A DNA stretch of 64,000 nucleotides from the human T2T-CHM13v2.0 reference genome, Homo sapiens: the NCBI RefSeq assembly GCF_009914755.1, contig NC_060925.1. One strand, 5' to 3'. A model generated the notes under the pieces. That model was not told the origin of the DNA and ran no database searches. It saw only the letters and a list, made by a program, of their open reading frames with translations. This document shows, one piece after another, positions 25,767-40,900 of the stretch; positions within the stretch are counted from its first letter, which is position 1, and the number at the start of each line of letters is the position of its first letter. The translations under genes were made by a program, and so were the position numbers.

Positions 25767-28700
25767 GATTCATCGAATGGAATGGAATGGAAAAGTCAAT
25801 GAACACGAATGGAATCATCACTGAATGGAATCGAATGGAATCATCGAGTGGAATCGAATGGAATTATGATCAAATGGAATCGAATGTAATCATCATCAAA
25901 TGGAATCAAAAATAACCATCATCAATTGGTATTGAATGGAATTGTTATCAAATGGAATTCAAAGGAATCATCATCAAATGGAACTGAATGGAATCCTCAT
26001 TGAATGGAAATGAAAGGGGTCATCATCTAATGGAATAGCATGGAATAATCATCAAATGGAATCGAATGGAATCATCATCAAATGGAATCTAATGGAATCA
26101 TTGAAAAGAATTGAATGGAATCATCATCGAATGAATTGAATGCAATCATCGAATGGTCTCGAATGGAATCATCTTCTAATGGAAAGGAATGGAATCATTG
26201 CATAGAATCGAATGGAATTAACATTGAATGGACTCGAATGGAATCAACATCAAATGGAATCAAGCGGAATTATCGAATGAAATCGAAGAGAATCATCGAA
26301 TGGACTCGAATGGAATCATCTAGTGGAATGGAATGGAATAATCCACGGACTCGAATGCAATCATCATCGTATAGAATCGAATGGAATCATCGAATGGACT
26401 CGAATGGAATAACCATTGAACGGAATCAAATGGAATCATCATCGGATGGAAACGAATGGAATCATCATCGAATGGAAATGAAAGGAGTCATCATCTAATG
26501 GAATTGCATGGAATCATCATAAAATGGAATCGAATGGAATCATCATCAAATGGAATCAAATGGAATCATTGAACGGAATTGAATGGAATCGTCATCGAAT
26601 GAATTGAATGCAATCATCGAATGGTCTCGAATGGAATCATCTTCAAATGGAATGGAATGGAATCATCGCATAGAATCGAATGGAATTAATATCGAATGGA
26701 ATCGAATGGTATCAACATCAAACGGAAAATAACGGAATTATCGAATGGAATCGAAGAGAATCTTCGAACGTACCCGAATGGAATCATGTAATGGAGTGGA
26801 ATGGAATAATCCATGGACTCGAATGCAATCATCATCGAATGGAATCGAATGGAATCATCGAATGGACTCGAATGGAATAATCATTGAACGGAATCGAATG
26901 GAATCATCATCGGATGGAAATGAATGGAATCATCATCGAATGGAATCGAATAGAATTATGGAATGAAATCCAGTGTGATCATCATCGAATGGACCCGAAT
27001 GGAATCATCATCCAACGGAAGCTAATGGAATCAACATCGAATGAATCGAATGGAAACACCATCGAATTGAAACGAATGGAATTATCATGAAATTGAAATG
27101 GATGGACTCATCATCGAATGGATTCGAATGGAATCATCGAATAAAATTGATTGAAATTATCATCAAATGGAATCGAATGGTATCATTGAATGGAATCGAA
27201 TGGAATCATCATCAGATGGAAATGAATGGAATCGTCATAGAATGGAATCGAATGGATTCATTGAATGGAATCAGATGGAATCATCGAATGGACTGGAATG
27301 GAATCATTGAATGGACTCGAAAGGGATCATTATTGAATGGAATTGAATGGAATCATCGAATGGTCTCGATTGGAATCATTATCAAATGGAATCGAATGGA
27401 ATCACCGAATAGAATCGAATGGAACAATCATCGAATGGACTCAAATGGAATTATCCTCAAATGGAATCGAATGGAATTATCGAATGCAATCGAATGGAAT
27501 TATCGAATGCAATCGAATAGAATCATCGAATGGACTCGAATGGAATCATCGAATGGAATGGAATGGAACAGTCAATGAACTCGAATGGAATCATCATTGA
27601 ATGGAATCGAATGGAATCATCGAGTGGAATCGAATGGAATTATGATCAAATGGAATCGAATGTAATCATCATCAAATGGAATCAAAAATAACCATCATCA
27701 ATTGGTATTGAATGGAATTGTCATCAAATGGAATTCAAAGGAAACATCATCAAATGGAACCGAATGGAATCCTCATTGAATGGAAATGAAAGGGGTCATC
27801 ATCTAATGGAATCGCATGGAATCATCATCAAATGGAATCGAATGGAATCATCATCAAATGGAATCTAATGGAATCATTGAACAGAATTTAATGGAATCGT
27901 CATCGAATGAATTGAATGCAATCATCGAATGGTCTCGAATGGAACCATCTTCTAATGGAAAGGAATGGAATCATCGCATAGAATCGAATGGAATTGTCAT
28001 CGAATGGAATCGAATGGTATCAACACCAAACGGAAAAAAACGGAAATATCGAATGGAATCGAAGAGAATCTTCGAACGGACCCGAATGGAATCATCTAAT
28101 GGAATGGAATGGAATAATCCATGGACTCGAATGCAATCATCATCGAATGGAATCGAATGGAATCATCGAATGGACTCGAATGGAATAATCATTGAACGGA
28201 ATCGAATGGAATCATCATCGGATGGAAACGAATGGAATCATCATCGAATGGAAATGAAAGGAGTCATCATCTAATGGAATTGCATGGAATCATCATCAAA
28301 TGGAATCGAATGGAATCAACATCAAATGGAATCAAATGGAATCATTGAACGGAATTGAATGGAATCGTCATTGAATGAATTGAATGCAATCATCGAATGG
28401 TCTCGAATGGAATCATCTTCAAATGGAATGGAATGGAATCATCGCATAGAATCGAATGGAATTATCATCGAATGGAATCGAATGGAATCAACATCAAACG
28501 GAAAAAAACGGAATTATCGAATGGAATCGAAGAGAATCATCGAATGGACCCGAATGGAATCATCTAATGGAATGGAATGGAATAATCCATGGACTCGAAT
28601 GCAATCATCATCGAATGGAATTGAATGGAATCATCGAATGGACTCGAATGGAATAATCATTGAACGGAATCGAATGGAATCATCATCGGATGGAAATGAA

Positions 28701-31700
28701 TGGAATCATCATCGAATGGAATCGAATAGAATTATGGAATGAAATCCAGTGTGATCATCATCGAATGGACCCGAATGGAATCATCATCCAACGGAAGCTA
28801 ATGGAATCAACATCGAATGAATCAAATGGAAACACCATCGAATTGAAACGAATGGAATTACCATGAAATTGAAATGGATGGACTCATCATCAAATGGATT
28901 CGAGTGGAATCATCGAATAAAATTGATTGAAATCATCATCGTATGGAATCGAATGGTATCATTGAATGGAATCGAATGGAATCATCTTCAGATGGAAATG
29001 AAAGGAATCATCATAGAATGGAATCGAATGGATTCATTGAATGGAATCAGATGGAATCATTGAATGGACTGGAATGGAATCATTGAATGGACTCGAAAGG
29101 GATCATTATTGAATGGAATTGAATGGAATCATCGAATGGTCTCGATTGGAATCATTATCAAATGGAATCGAATGGAATCACCGAATAGAATCGAATGGAA
29201 CAATCATCGAATGGACTCAAATGGAATTATCCTCAAATGGAATTGAATGGAATTATCGAATGCAATCGAATGGAATTATCGAATGCAATCGAATAGAATC
29301 ATCGAATGGACTCGAATGGAATCATCGAATGGAATGGAATGGAACAGTCAATGAACTCGAATGGAATCATCATTGAATGGAATCGAATGGAATCATCGAG
29401 TGGAATCGAATGTAATCATCATCAAATGGAATCGAATGTAATCATCATCAAATGGAATCAAAAATAACCATCATCAACTGGTATTGAATGGAACTCTCAT
29501 CAAATGGAATTCAAAGGAATCATCATCAAATGGAACCGAATGGAATCCTCATTGAATGGAAATGAAAGGGGTCATCATCTAATGGAATCGCATGGAATCA
29601 TCATCAAATGGAATCGAATGGAATCATCATCAAATGGAATCTAATGGAATCATTGAAAAGAATTGAATGGAATCGTCATCGAATGAATTGAATGCAATCA
29701 TCGAATGGTCTCGAATGGAATCATCTTCTAATGGAAAGGAATGGAATCATCGCATAGAATCGAATGGAATTATCATCGAATGGAATCGAATGGTATCAAC
29801 ACCAAACGGAAAAAAACGGAATTATCGGATGGAATCGAAGAGAATCTTCGAACGGACCCGAATGGAATCATCTAATGGAATGAAATGGAATAATCCATGG
29901 ACTCGAATGCAATCATCATCGAATGGAATCGAATGGAATCATCGAATGGACTCGAATGGAATAATCATTGAACGGAATCGAATGGAATCATCATCGGATG
30001 GAAACGAATGGAATCATCATCGAATGGAAATGAAAGGAGTCATCATCTAATGGAATTGCATGGAATCATCATAAAATGGAATCGAATGGAATCAACATCA
30101 AATGGAATCAAATGGAATCATTGAACGGAATTGAATGGAATCGTCATCGAATGAATTGACTGCAATCATCGAATGGTCTCGAATGGAATCATCTTCAAAT
30201 GGAATGGAATGGAATCATCGCATAGAATCGAATGGAATTATCGTCGAATGGAATCGAATGGAATCAACATCAAACGGAAAAAAACGGAATTATCGAATGG
30301 AATCGAAGAGAATCATCGAATGGACCCGAATGGAATCATCTAATGGAATGGAATGGAATAATCCATGGACTCGAATGCAATCATCATCGAATGGAATCGA
30401 ATGGAATCATCGAATGGACTCGAATGGAATAATCATTGAACGGAATCGAATGGAATCATCATCGGATGGAAATGAAAGGAGTCATCATCTAATGGAATTG
30501 CATGGAATCATCATGAAATGGAATCGAATTGAATCAACATCAAATGGAATCAAATGGAATCATTGAACGGAATTGAATGGAATCGTCATCGAATGAATTG
30601 AATGCAATCATCGAATGGTCTCGAATGGAATCATCTTCAAATGGAATGGAATGGAATCATCGCATAGAATCGAATGGAATTATCATCGAATGGAATCGAA
30701 TGGAATCAACATCAAACGGAAAAATACGGAATTATCGAATGGAATCGAAGAGAATCATCGAATGGACCCGAATGGAATCATCTAATGGAATGGAATGGAA
30801 TAATCCATGGACTCGAATGCAATCATCATCGAATGGAATCGAATGGAATCATCGAATGGACTCGTATGGAATAATCATTGAACGGAATCGAATGGCATCG
30901 TCATCGGATGGAAATGAATGGAATCATCATCGAATGGAATCGAATAGAATTATGGAATGAAATCCAGTGTCATCATCATCGAATGGACCCGAATGGAATC
31001 ATCATCCAACGGAAGCTAATGGAATCAACATCGAATGAATCGAATGGAAACACCATCGAATTGAAACGAATGGAATTACCATGAAATTGAAATGGATGGA
31101 CTCATCATCGAATGGATTCGAATGGAATCATCGAATAAAATTGATTGAAATCATAATCGAATGGAATCGAATGGTATCATTGAATGGAATCGAATGGAAT
31201 CATCATCAGATGGAAATGAATGGAATCGTCATAGAATGGAATCGAATGGATTCATTGAATGGAATCAGATGGAATCATCGAATGGACTGGAATGGAATCA
31301 TTGAATGGACTCGAAAGGGATCATTATTGAATGGAATTGAATGGAATCATCGAATGGTCTCGATTGGAATCATTATCAAATGGAATCGAATGGATTCACC
31401 GAATAGAATCGAATGGAACAATCATCGAATGGACTCAAATGGAATTATCCTCCAATGGAATCGAATGGAATTATCGAATGCAATCGAATGGAATTATCGA
31501 ATGCAATCGAATAGAATCATCGAATGGACTCGAATGGAATCATCGAATGGAATGGAATGGAACAGTCAATGAACTCGAATGGAATCATCATTGAATGGAA
31601 TCGAATGGAATCATCGAGTGGAATCGAATGGAATTATGATCAAATGGAATCGACTGTAATCATCATCAAATGGAATCAAAAATAACCATCATCAACTGGT

Positions 31701-34700
31701 ATTGAATGGAATTCTCATCAAATGGAATTCAAAGGAATCATCATCAAATGGAACTGAATGGAATCCTCATTGAATGGAAATGAAAGGGGTCATCATCTAA
31801 TGGAATCGCATGGAATCATCATCAAATGGAATCGAATGGAATCATCATCAAATGGAATCTGATGGAATCATTGAACAGAATTGAATGGAATCGTCATCGA
31901 ATGAATTGAATGCAATCATCGAATGGTCTCGAATGTAATCACATTCTAATGGAAAGGAATGGAATCATCGCATAGAATCGAATGGAATTAACATTGAATG
32001 GACTCGAATGGAATCAACATCAAACGGAATCAAGCGGAATTATCGAATGGAATCGAAGAGAATCATCGAATGGACTCGAATGGAATCATCTAATGGAATG
32101 GAATGGAATAATCCACGGACTCGAATGCAATCATCATCGTATAGAATCGAATGGAATCATCGAATGGACTCGAATGGAATAACCATTGAACGGAATCGAA
32201 TGGAATCATCATCGGATGGAAACGAATGGAATCATCATCGAATGGAAATGAAAGGAGTCATCATCTAATGGAATTGCATGGAATCATCATAAAATGGAAT
32301 CGAATGGAATCATCATCAAATGGAATCAAATGGAAGCATTGAACGGAATTGAATGGAATCGTCATCGAATGAATTGAATGCAACCATCGAATGATCTCGA
32401 ATGGAATCATCTTCAAATGGAATGGAATGGAATCATCGCATAGAATCGAATGGAATTATCATCGAATGGAATCGAATGGTATCAACATCAAACGGAAAAA
32501 AACGGTATAATCGAATGGAATCAAAGAGAATCTTCGAATGGACCCGAATGGAATCATCTAATGGAATGGAATGGAATAATCCATGGACACGAATGCAATC
32601 ATCATCGAATGGAATCGAATGGAATCATCGAATGGACTCGAATGGAATAATCATTGAACGGATCGAATGGAATCATCATCGGATGGAAATGAAAGGAGTC
32701 ATCATCTAATGGAATTGCATGGAATCATCATAAAATGGAATCGAATGGAATCAACATCAAATGGAATCAAATGGAATCATTGAACGGAATTGAATGGAAT
32801 CGTCATCGAATGAATTGAATGCAATCATCGAATGGTCTCGAATGGAATCATCTTCAAATGGAATGGAATGGAATCATCGCATAGAATCGAATGGAATTAT
32901 CATCGAATGGAATCGAATGGAATCAACATCAAACGGAAAAAAACGGAATTATCGAATGGAATCGAAGAGAATCATCGAATGGACCCGAATGGAATCATCT
33001 AATGGAATGGAATGGAATAATCCATGGACTCGAATGCAATCATCATCGAATGGAATCGAATGGAATCATCGAATGGACTCGAATGGAATAATCATTGAAC
33101 GGAATCGAATGGAATCATCATTGGATGGAAACGAATGGAATCATCATCGAATGGAAATGAAAGGAGTCATCATCTAATGGAATTGCATGGAATCATCATA
33201 AAATGGAATCGAATGGAATCAACATCAAATGGAATCAAATGGAATCATTGAACGGAATTGAATGGAATCGTCATCGAATGAATTGAATGCAATCATCGAA
33301 TGGTCTCGAATGGAATCATCTTCAAATGGAATGGAATGGAATCATCGCATAGAATCGAATGGAATTATCATCGAATGGATTCGAATGGTATCAACATCAA
33401 ACGGAAAAAAACGGAATTATCGAATGGAATCAAAGAGAATCTTCGAACAGACCCGAATGGAATCATCTAATGGAATGGAATGGAATAATCCATGGACTCG
33501 AATGCAATCATCATCGAATGGAATCGAATGGAATCATTGAAAGGACTCGTATGGAATAATCATTGAACGGAATCGAATGGAATCATCATCGGATGGAAAT
33601 GAATGGAATCATCATCGAATGGAATCGAATAGAATTATGGAATGAAATCCCGTGTGATCATCATCGAATGGACCCGAATGGAATCATCATCCAACGGAAG
33701 CTAATGGAATCAACATCCAATGAATCGAATGGAAACACCATCGAATTGAAACGAATGGAATTATCATGAAATTGAAATGGATGGACTCATCATCGAATGG
33801 ATTCGAATGGAATCATCGAATAAAATTGATTGAAATCATCATCGAATGGAATCGAATGGTATCATTGAATGGAATCGAATGGAATCATCATCAGATGGAA
33901 ATGAATGGAATCGTCATAGAATGGAATCGAATGGATTCATTGAATGGAATCAGATGGAATCATCGAATGGACTGGAATGGAATCATTGAATGGACTCGAA
34001 AGGGATCATTATTGAATGGAATTGAATGGAATCATCGAATGGTCTCGATTGGAATCATTATCAAATGGAATCGAATGGAATCACCGAATAGAATCGAATG
34101 GAACAATCATCGAATGGACTCAAATGGAATTATCCTCAAATAGAATCGAATGGAATTATCGAAAGCAATCGAATGGAATTATCAAATGCAATCGAATAGA
34201 ATCATCGAATGGACTCGAATGGAATCATCGAATGGAATGGAATGGAACAGTCAATAAACTCGAATGGAATCATCATTGAATGGAATCGAATGGAATCATC
34301 GAGTGGAATCGAATGGAATTATGATCAAATGGAATCGAATGTAATCATCATCAAATGGAATCAAAAATAACCATCATCAATTGGTATTGAATGGAATTGT
34401 CATCAAATGGAATTCAAAGGAATCATCATCAAATGGAACCGAATGGAATCCTCATTGAATGGAAATGAAAGGGGTCATCATCCAATGGAATCGCATGGAA
34501 TCATCATCAAATGGAATCGAATGGAATCATCATCAAATGGAATCTAATGGAATCATTGAAAGAATTGAATGGAATCATCATCGAATGAATTGAATGCAAT
34601 CATCGAATGGTCTCGAATGGAATCATCTTCTAATGGAAAGGAATGGAATCATCGCATAGAATCGAATGGAATTATCATCGAATGGAATCGAATGGTATCA

Positions 34701-34960
34701 ACACCAAACGGAAAATAACGGAATTATCGAATGGAATCGAAGAGAATCTTCGAACGGACCCGAATGGAATCATCTAATGGAATGGAATGGAATAATCCAT
34801 GGACTCGAATGCAATCATCATCGAATGGAATCGAATGGAATCATCGAATGGACTCGAATGGAATAATCATTGAACGGAATCGAATGGAATCATCATCGGA
34901 TGGAAACGAATGGAATCATCATCGAATGGAAATGAAAGGAGTCATCATCTAATGGAATTG
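24731..34960 (+). repeat. 10,230-bp higher-order repeat, copy 1 (units 1776, 1776, 2218, 2685, 1775)
   Basis: Landmarks 25108, 26884, 28660, 30878, 33563, 35338. ORF variants recur at +10,230 (24807/35037, 26115/36345, 27816/38046, 31081/41311). Confidence 0.9.
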
Positions 34961-37900
34961 CATGGAATCATCATAAAATGGAATCGAGTGGAATCAACAT
35001 CAAATGGAATCAAATGGAATCATTGAACGGAATTGAATGGAATCGTCATCGAATGAATTGAATGCAATCATCGAATGGTCTCGAATGGAATCATCTTCAA
35101 ATGGAATGGAATGGAATCATCGCATAGAATCGAATGGAATTATCATCGAATGGAATCGAATGGAATCAACATCAAACGGAAAAATACGGAATTATCGAAT
35201 GGAATCGAAGAGAATCATCGAATGGACCCGAATGGAATCATCTAATGGAATGGAATGGAATAATCCATGGACTCGAATGCAATCATCATCGAATGGAATC
35301 GAATGGAATCATCCAATGGACTCGAATGGAATAATCATTGAACGGAATCGAATGGAATCATCATCGGATGGAAATGAATGGAATCATCATCGAATGGAAT
35401 CGAATAGAATTATGGAATGAAATCCAGTGTGATCATCATCGAATGGACCCGAATGGAATCATCATCCAACGGATGCTAATGGAATCAACATCGAATGAAT
35501 CAAATGGAAACACCATCGAATTGAAACGAATGGAATTACCATGAAATTGAAATGGATGGACTCATCATCGAATGGATTCGAAAGGAATCATCGAATAAAA
35601 TTGATTGAAATCATCATCGAATGGAATCGAATGGTATCATTGAATGGAATCGAATGGAATCATCATCAGATGGAAATGAATGGAATCGTCATAGAATGGA
35701 ATCGAATGGATTCATTGAATGGAATCAGATGGAATCATCGAATGGACTGGAATGGAATCATTGAATGGACTCGAAAGAGATCATGATTGAATGGAATTGA
35801 ATGGAATCATCGAATGGTCTCGATTGGAATCATTATCAAATGGAATCGAATGGAATCACCGAATAGAATCGAATGGAACAATCATCGAATGGACTCAAAT
35901 GGAATTATCCTCAAATGGAATCGAATGGAATTATCGAATGCAATCGAATGGAATTATCGAATGCAATCGAATAGAATCATCAAATGGACTCGAATGGATT
36001 CATCGAATGGAATGGAATGGAAAAGTCAATGAACACGAATGGAATCATCACTGAATGGAATCGAATGGAATCATCGAGTGGAATCGAATGGAATTATGAT
36101 CAAATGGAATCGAATGTAATCATCATCAAATGGAATCAAAAATAACCATCATCAATTGGTATTGAATGGAATTGTTATCAAATGGAATTCAAAGGAATCA
36201 TCATCAAATGGAACTGAATGGAATCCTCATTGAATGGAAATGAAAGGGGTCATCATCTAATGGAATAGCATGGAATAATCATCAAATGGAATCGAATGGA
36301 ATCATCATCAAATGGAATCTAATGGAATCATTGAAAAGAATTGAATGGAATCATCATCGAATGAATTGAATGCAATCATCGAATGGTCTCGAATGGAATC
36401 ATCTTCTAATGGAAAGGAATGGAATCATTGCATAGAATCGAATGGAATTAACATTGAATGGACTCGAATGGAATCAACATCAAATGGAATCAAGCGGAAT
36501 TATCGAATGAAATTGAAGAGAATCATCGAATGGACTCGAATGGAATCATCTAGTGGAATGGAATGGAATAATCCACGGACTCGAATGCAATCATCATCGT
36601 ATAGAATCGAATGGAATCATCGAATGGACTCGAATGGAATAACCATTGAACGGAATCAAATGGAATCATCATCGGATGGAAACGAATGGAATCATCATCG
36701 AATGGAAATGAAAGGAGTCATCATCTAATGGAATTGCATGGAATCATCATAAAATGGAATCGAATGGAATCATCATCAAATGGAATCAAATGGAATCATT
36801 GAACGGAATTGAATGGAATCGTCATCGAATGAATTGAATGCAATCATCGAATGGTCTCGAATGGAATCATCTTCAAATGGAATGGAATGGAATCATCGCA
36901 TAGAATCGAATGGAATTAATATCGAATGGAATCGAATGGTATCAACATCAAACGGAAAATAACGGAATTATCGAATGGAATCGAAGAGAATCTTCGAACG
37001 TACCCGAATGGAATCATGTAATGGAGTGGAATGGAATAATCCATGGACTCGAATGCAATCATCATCGAATGGAATCGAATGGAATCATCGAATGGACTCG
37101 AATGGAATAATCATTGAACGGAATCGAATGGAATCATCATCGGATGGAAATGAATGGAATCATCATCGAATGGAATCGAATAGAATTATGGAATGAAATC
37201 CAGTGTGATCATCATCGAATGGACCCGAATGGAATCATCATCCAACGGAAGCTAATGGAATCAACATCGAATGAATCGAATGGAAACACCATCGAATTGA
37301 AACGAATGGAATTATCATGAAATTGAAATGGATGGACTCATCATCGAATGGATTCGAATGGAATCATCGAATAAAATTGATTGAAATTATCATCAAATGG
37401 AATCGAATGGTATCATTGAATGGAATCGAATGGAATCATCATCAGATGGAAATGAATGGAATCGTCATAGAATGGAATCGAATGGATTCATTGAATGGAA
37501 TCAGATGGAATCATCGAATGGACTGGAATGGAATCATTGAATGGACTCGAAAGGGATCATTATTGAATGGAATTGAATGGAATCATCGAATGGTCTCGAT
37601 TGGAATCATTATCAAATGGAATCGAATGGAATCACCGAATAGAATCGAATGGAACAATCATCGAATGGACTCAAATGGAATTATCCTCAAATGGAATCGA
37701 ATGGAATTATCGAATGCAATCGAATGGAATTATCGAATGCAATCGAATAGAATCATCGAATGGACTCGAATGGAATCATCGAATGGAATGGAATGGAACA
37801 GTCAATGAACTCGAATGGAATCATCATTGAATGGAATCGAATGGAATCATCGAGTGGAATCGAATGGAATTATGATCAAATGGAATCGAATGTAATCATC

Positions 37901-40900
37901 ATCAAATGGAATCAAAAATAACCATCATCAATTGGTATTGAATGGAATTGTCATCAAATGGAATTCAAAGGAAACATCATCAAATGGAACCGAATGGAAT
38001 CCTCATTGAATGGAAATGAAAGGGGTCATCATCTAATGGAATCGCATGGAATCATCATCAAATGGAATCGAATGGAATCATCATCAAATGGAATCTAATG
38101 GAATCATTGAACAGAATTTAATGGAATCGTCATCGAATGAATTGAATGCAATCATCGAATGGTCTCGAATGGAACCATCTTCTAATGGAAAGGAATGGAA
38201 TCATCGCATAGAATCGAATGGAATTGTCATCGAATGGAATCGAATGGTATCAACACCAAACGGAAAAAAACGGAAATATCGAATGGAATCGAAGAGAATC
38301 TTCGAACGGACCCGAATGGAATCATCTAATGGAATGGAATGGAATAATCCATGGACTCGAATGCAATCATCATCGAATGGAATCGAATGGAATCATCGAA
38401 TGGACTCGAATGGAATAATCATTGAACGGAATCGAATGGAATCATCATCGGATGGAAACGAATGGAATCATCATCGAATGGAAATGAAAGGAGTCATCAT
38501 CTAATGGAATTGCATGGAATCATCATCAAATGGAATCGAATGGAATCAACATCAAATGGAATCAAATGGAATCATTGAACGGAATTGAATGGAATCGTCA
38601 TTGAATGAATTGAATGCAATCATCGAATGGTCTCGAATGGAATCATCTTCAAATGGAATGGAATGGAATCATCGCATAGAATCGAATGGAATTATCATCG
38701 AATGGAATCGAATGGAATCAACATCAAACGGAAAAAAACGGAATTATCGAATGGAATCGAAGAGAATCATCGAATGGACCCGAATGGAATCATCTAATGG
38801 AATGGAATGGAATAATCCATGGACTCGAATGCAATCATCATCGAATGGAATCGAATGGAATCATCGAATGGACTCGAATGGAATAATCATTGAACGGAAT
38901 CGAATGGAATCATCATCGGATGGAAATGAATGGAATCATCATCGAATGGAATCGAATAGAATTATGGAATGAAATCCAGTGTGATCATCATCGAATGGAC
39001 CCGAATGGAATCATCATCCAACGGAAGCTAATGGAATCAACATCGAATGAATCAAATGGAAACACCATCGAATTGAAACGAATGGAATTACCATGAAATT
39101 GAAATGGATGGACTCATCATCAAATGGATTCGAGTGGAATCATCGAATAAAATTGATTGAAATCATCATCGTATGGAATCGAATGGTATCATTGAATGGA
39201 ATCGAATGGAATCATCTTCAGATGGAAATGAAAGGAATCATCATAGAATGGAATCGAATGGATTCATTGAATGGAATCAGATGGAATCATTGAATGGACT
39301 GGAATGGAATCATTGAATGGACTCGAAAGGGATCATTATTGAATGGAATTGAATGGAATCATCGAATGGTCTCGATTGGAATCATTATCAAATGGAATCG
39401 AATGGAATCACCGAATAGAATCGAATGGAACAATCATCGAATGGACTCAAATGGAATTATCCTCAAATGGAATTGAATGGAATTATCGAATGCAATCGAA
39501 TGGAATTATCGAATGCAATCGAATAGAATCATCGAATGGACTCGAATGGAATCATCGAATGGAATGGAATGGAACAGTCAATGAACTCGAATGGAATCAT
39601 CATTGAATGGAATCGAATGGAATCATCGAGTGGAATCGAATGTAATCATCATCAAATGGAATCGAATGTAATCATCATCAAATGGAATCAAAAATAACCA
39701 TCATCAACTGGTATTGAATGGAATTCTCATCAAATGGAATTCAAAGGAATCATCATCAAATGGAACCGAATGGAATCCTCATTGAATGGAAATGAAAGGG
39801 GTCATCATCTAATGGAATCGCATGGAATCATCATCAAATGGAATCGAATGGAATCATCATCAAATGGAATCTAATGGAATCATTGAAAAGAATTGAATGG
39901 AATCGTCATCGAATGAATTGAATGCAATCATCGAATGGTCTCGAATGGAATCATCTTCTAATGGAAAGGAATGGAATCATCACATAGAATCGAATGGAAT
40001 TATCATCGAATGGAATCGAATGGTATCAACACCAAACGGAAAAAAACGGAATTATCGGATGGAATCGAAGAGAATCTTCGAACGGACCCGAATGGAATCA
40101 TCTAATGGAATGAAATGGAATAATCCATGGACTCGAATGCAATCATCATCGAATGGAATCGAATGGAATCATCGAATGGAGTCGAATGGAATAATCATTG
40201 AACGGAATCGAATGGAATCATCATCGGATGGAAACGAATGGAATCATCATCGAATGGAAATGAAAGGAGTCATCATCTAATGGAATTGCATGGAATCATC
40301 ATAAAATGGAATCGAATGGAATCAACATCAAATGGAATCAAATGGAATCATTGAACGGAATTGAATGGAATCGTCATCGAATGAATTGACTGCAATCATC
40401 CAATGGTCTCGAATGGAATCATCTTCAAATGGAATGGAATGGAATCATCGCATAGAATCGAATGGAATTATCATCGAATGGAATCGAATGGAATCAACAT
40501 CAAACGGAAAAAAACGGAATTATCGAATGGAATCGAAGAGAATCATCGAATGGACCCGAATGGAATCATCTAATGGAATGGAATGGAATAATCCATGGAC
40601 TCGAATGCAATCATCATCGAATGGAATCGAATGGAATCATCGAATGGACTCGAATGGAATAATCATTGAACGGAATCGAATGGAATCATCATCGGATGGA
40701 AATGAAAGGAGTCATCATCTAATGGAATTGCATGGAATCATCATAAAATGGAATCGAATGGAATCAACATCAAATGGAATCAAATGGAATCATTGAACGG
40801 AATTGAATGGAATCGTCATCGAATGAATTGAATGCAATCATCGAATGGTCTCGAATGGAATCATCTTCAAATGGAATGGAATGGAATCATCGCATAGAAT

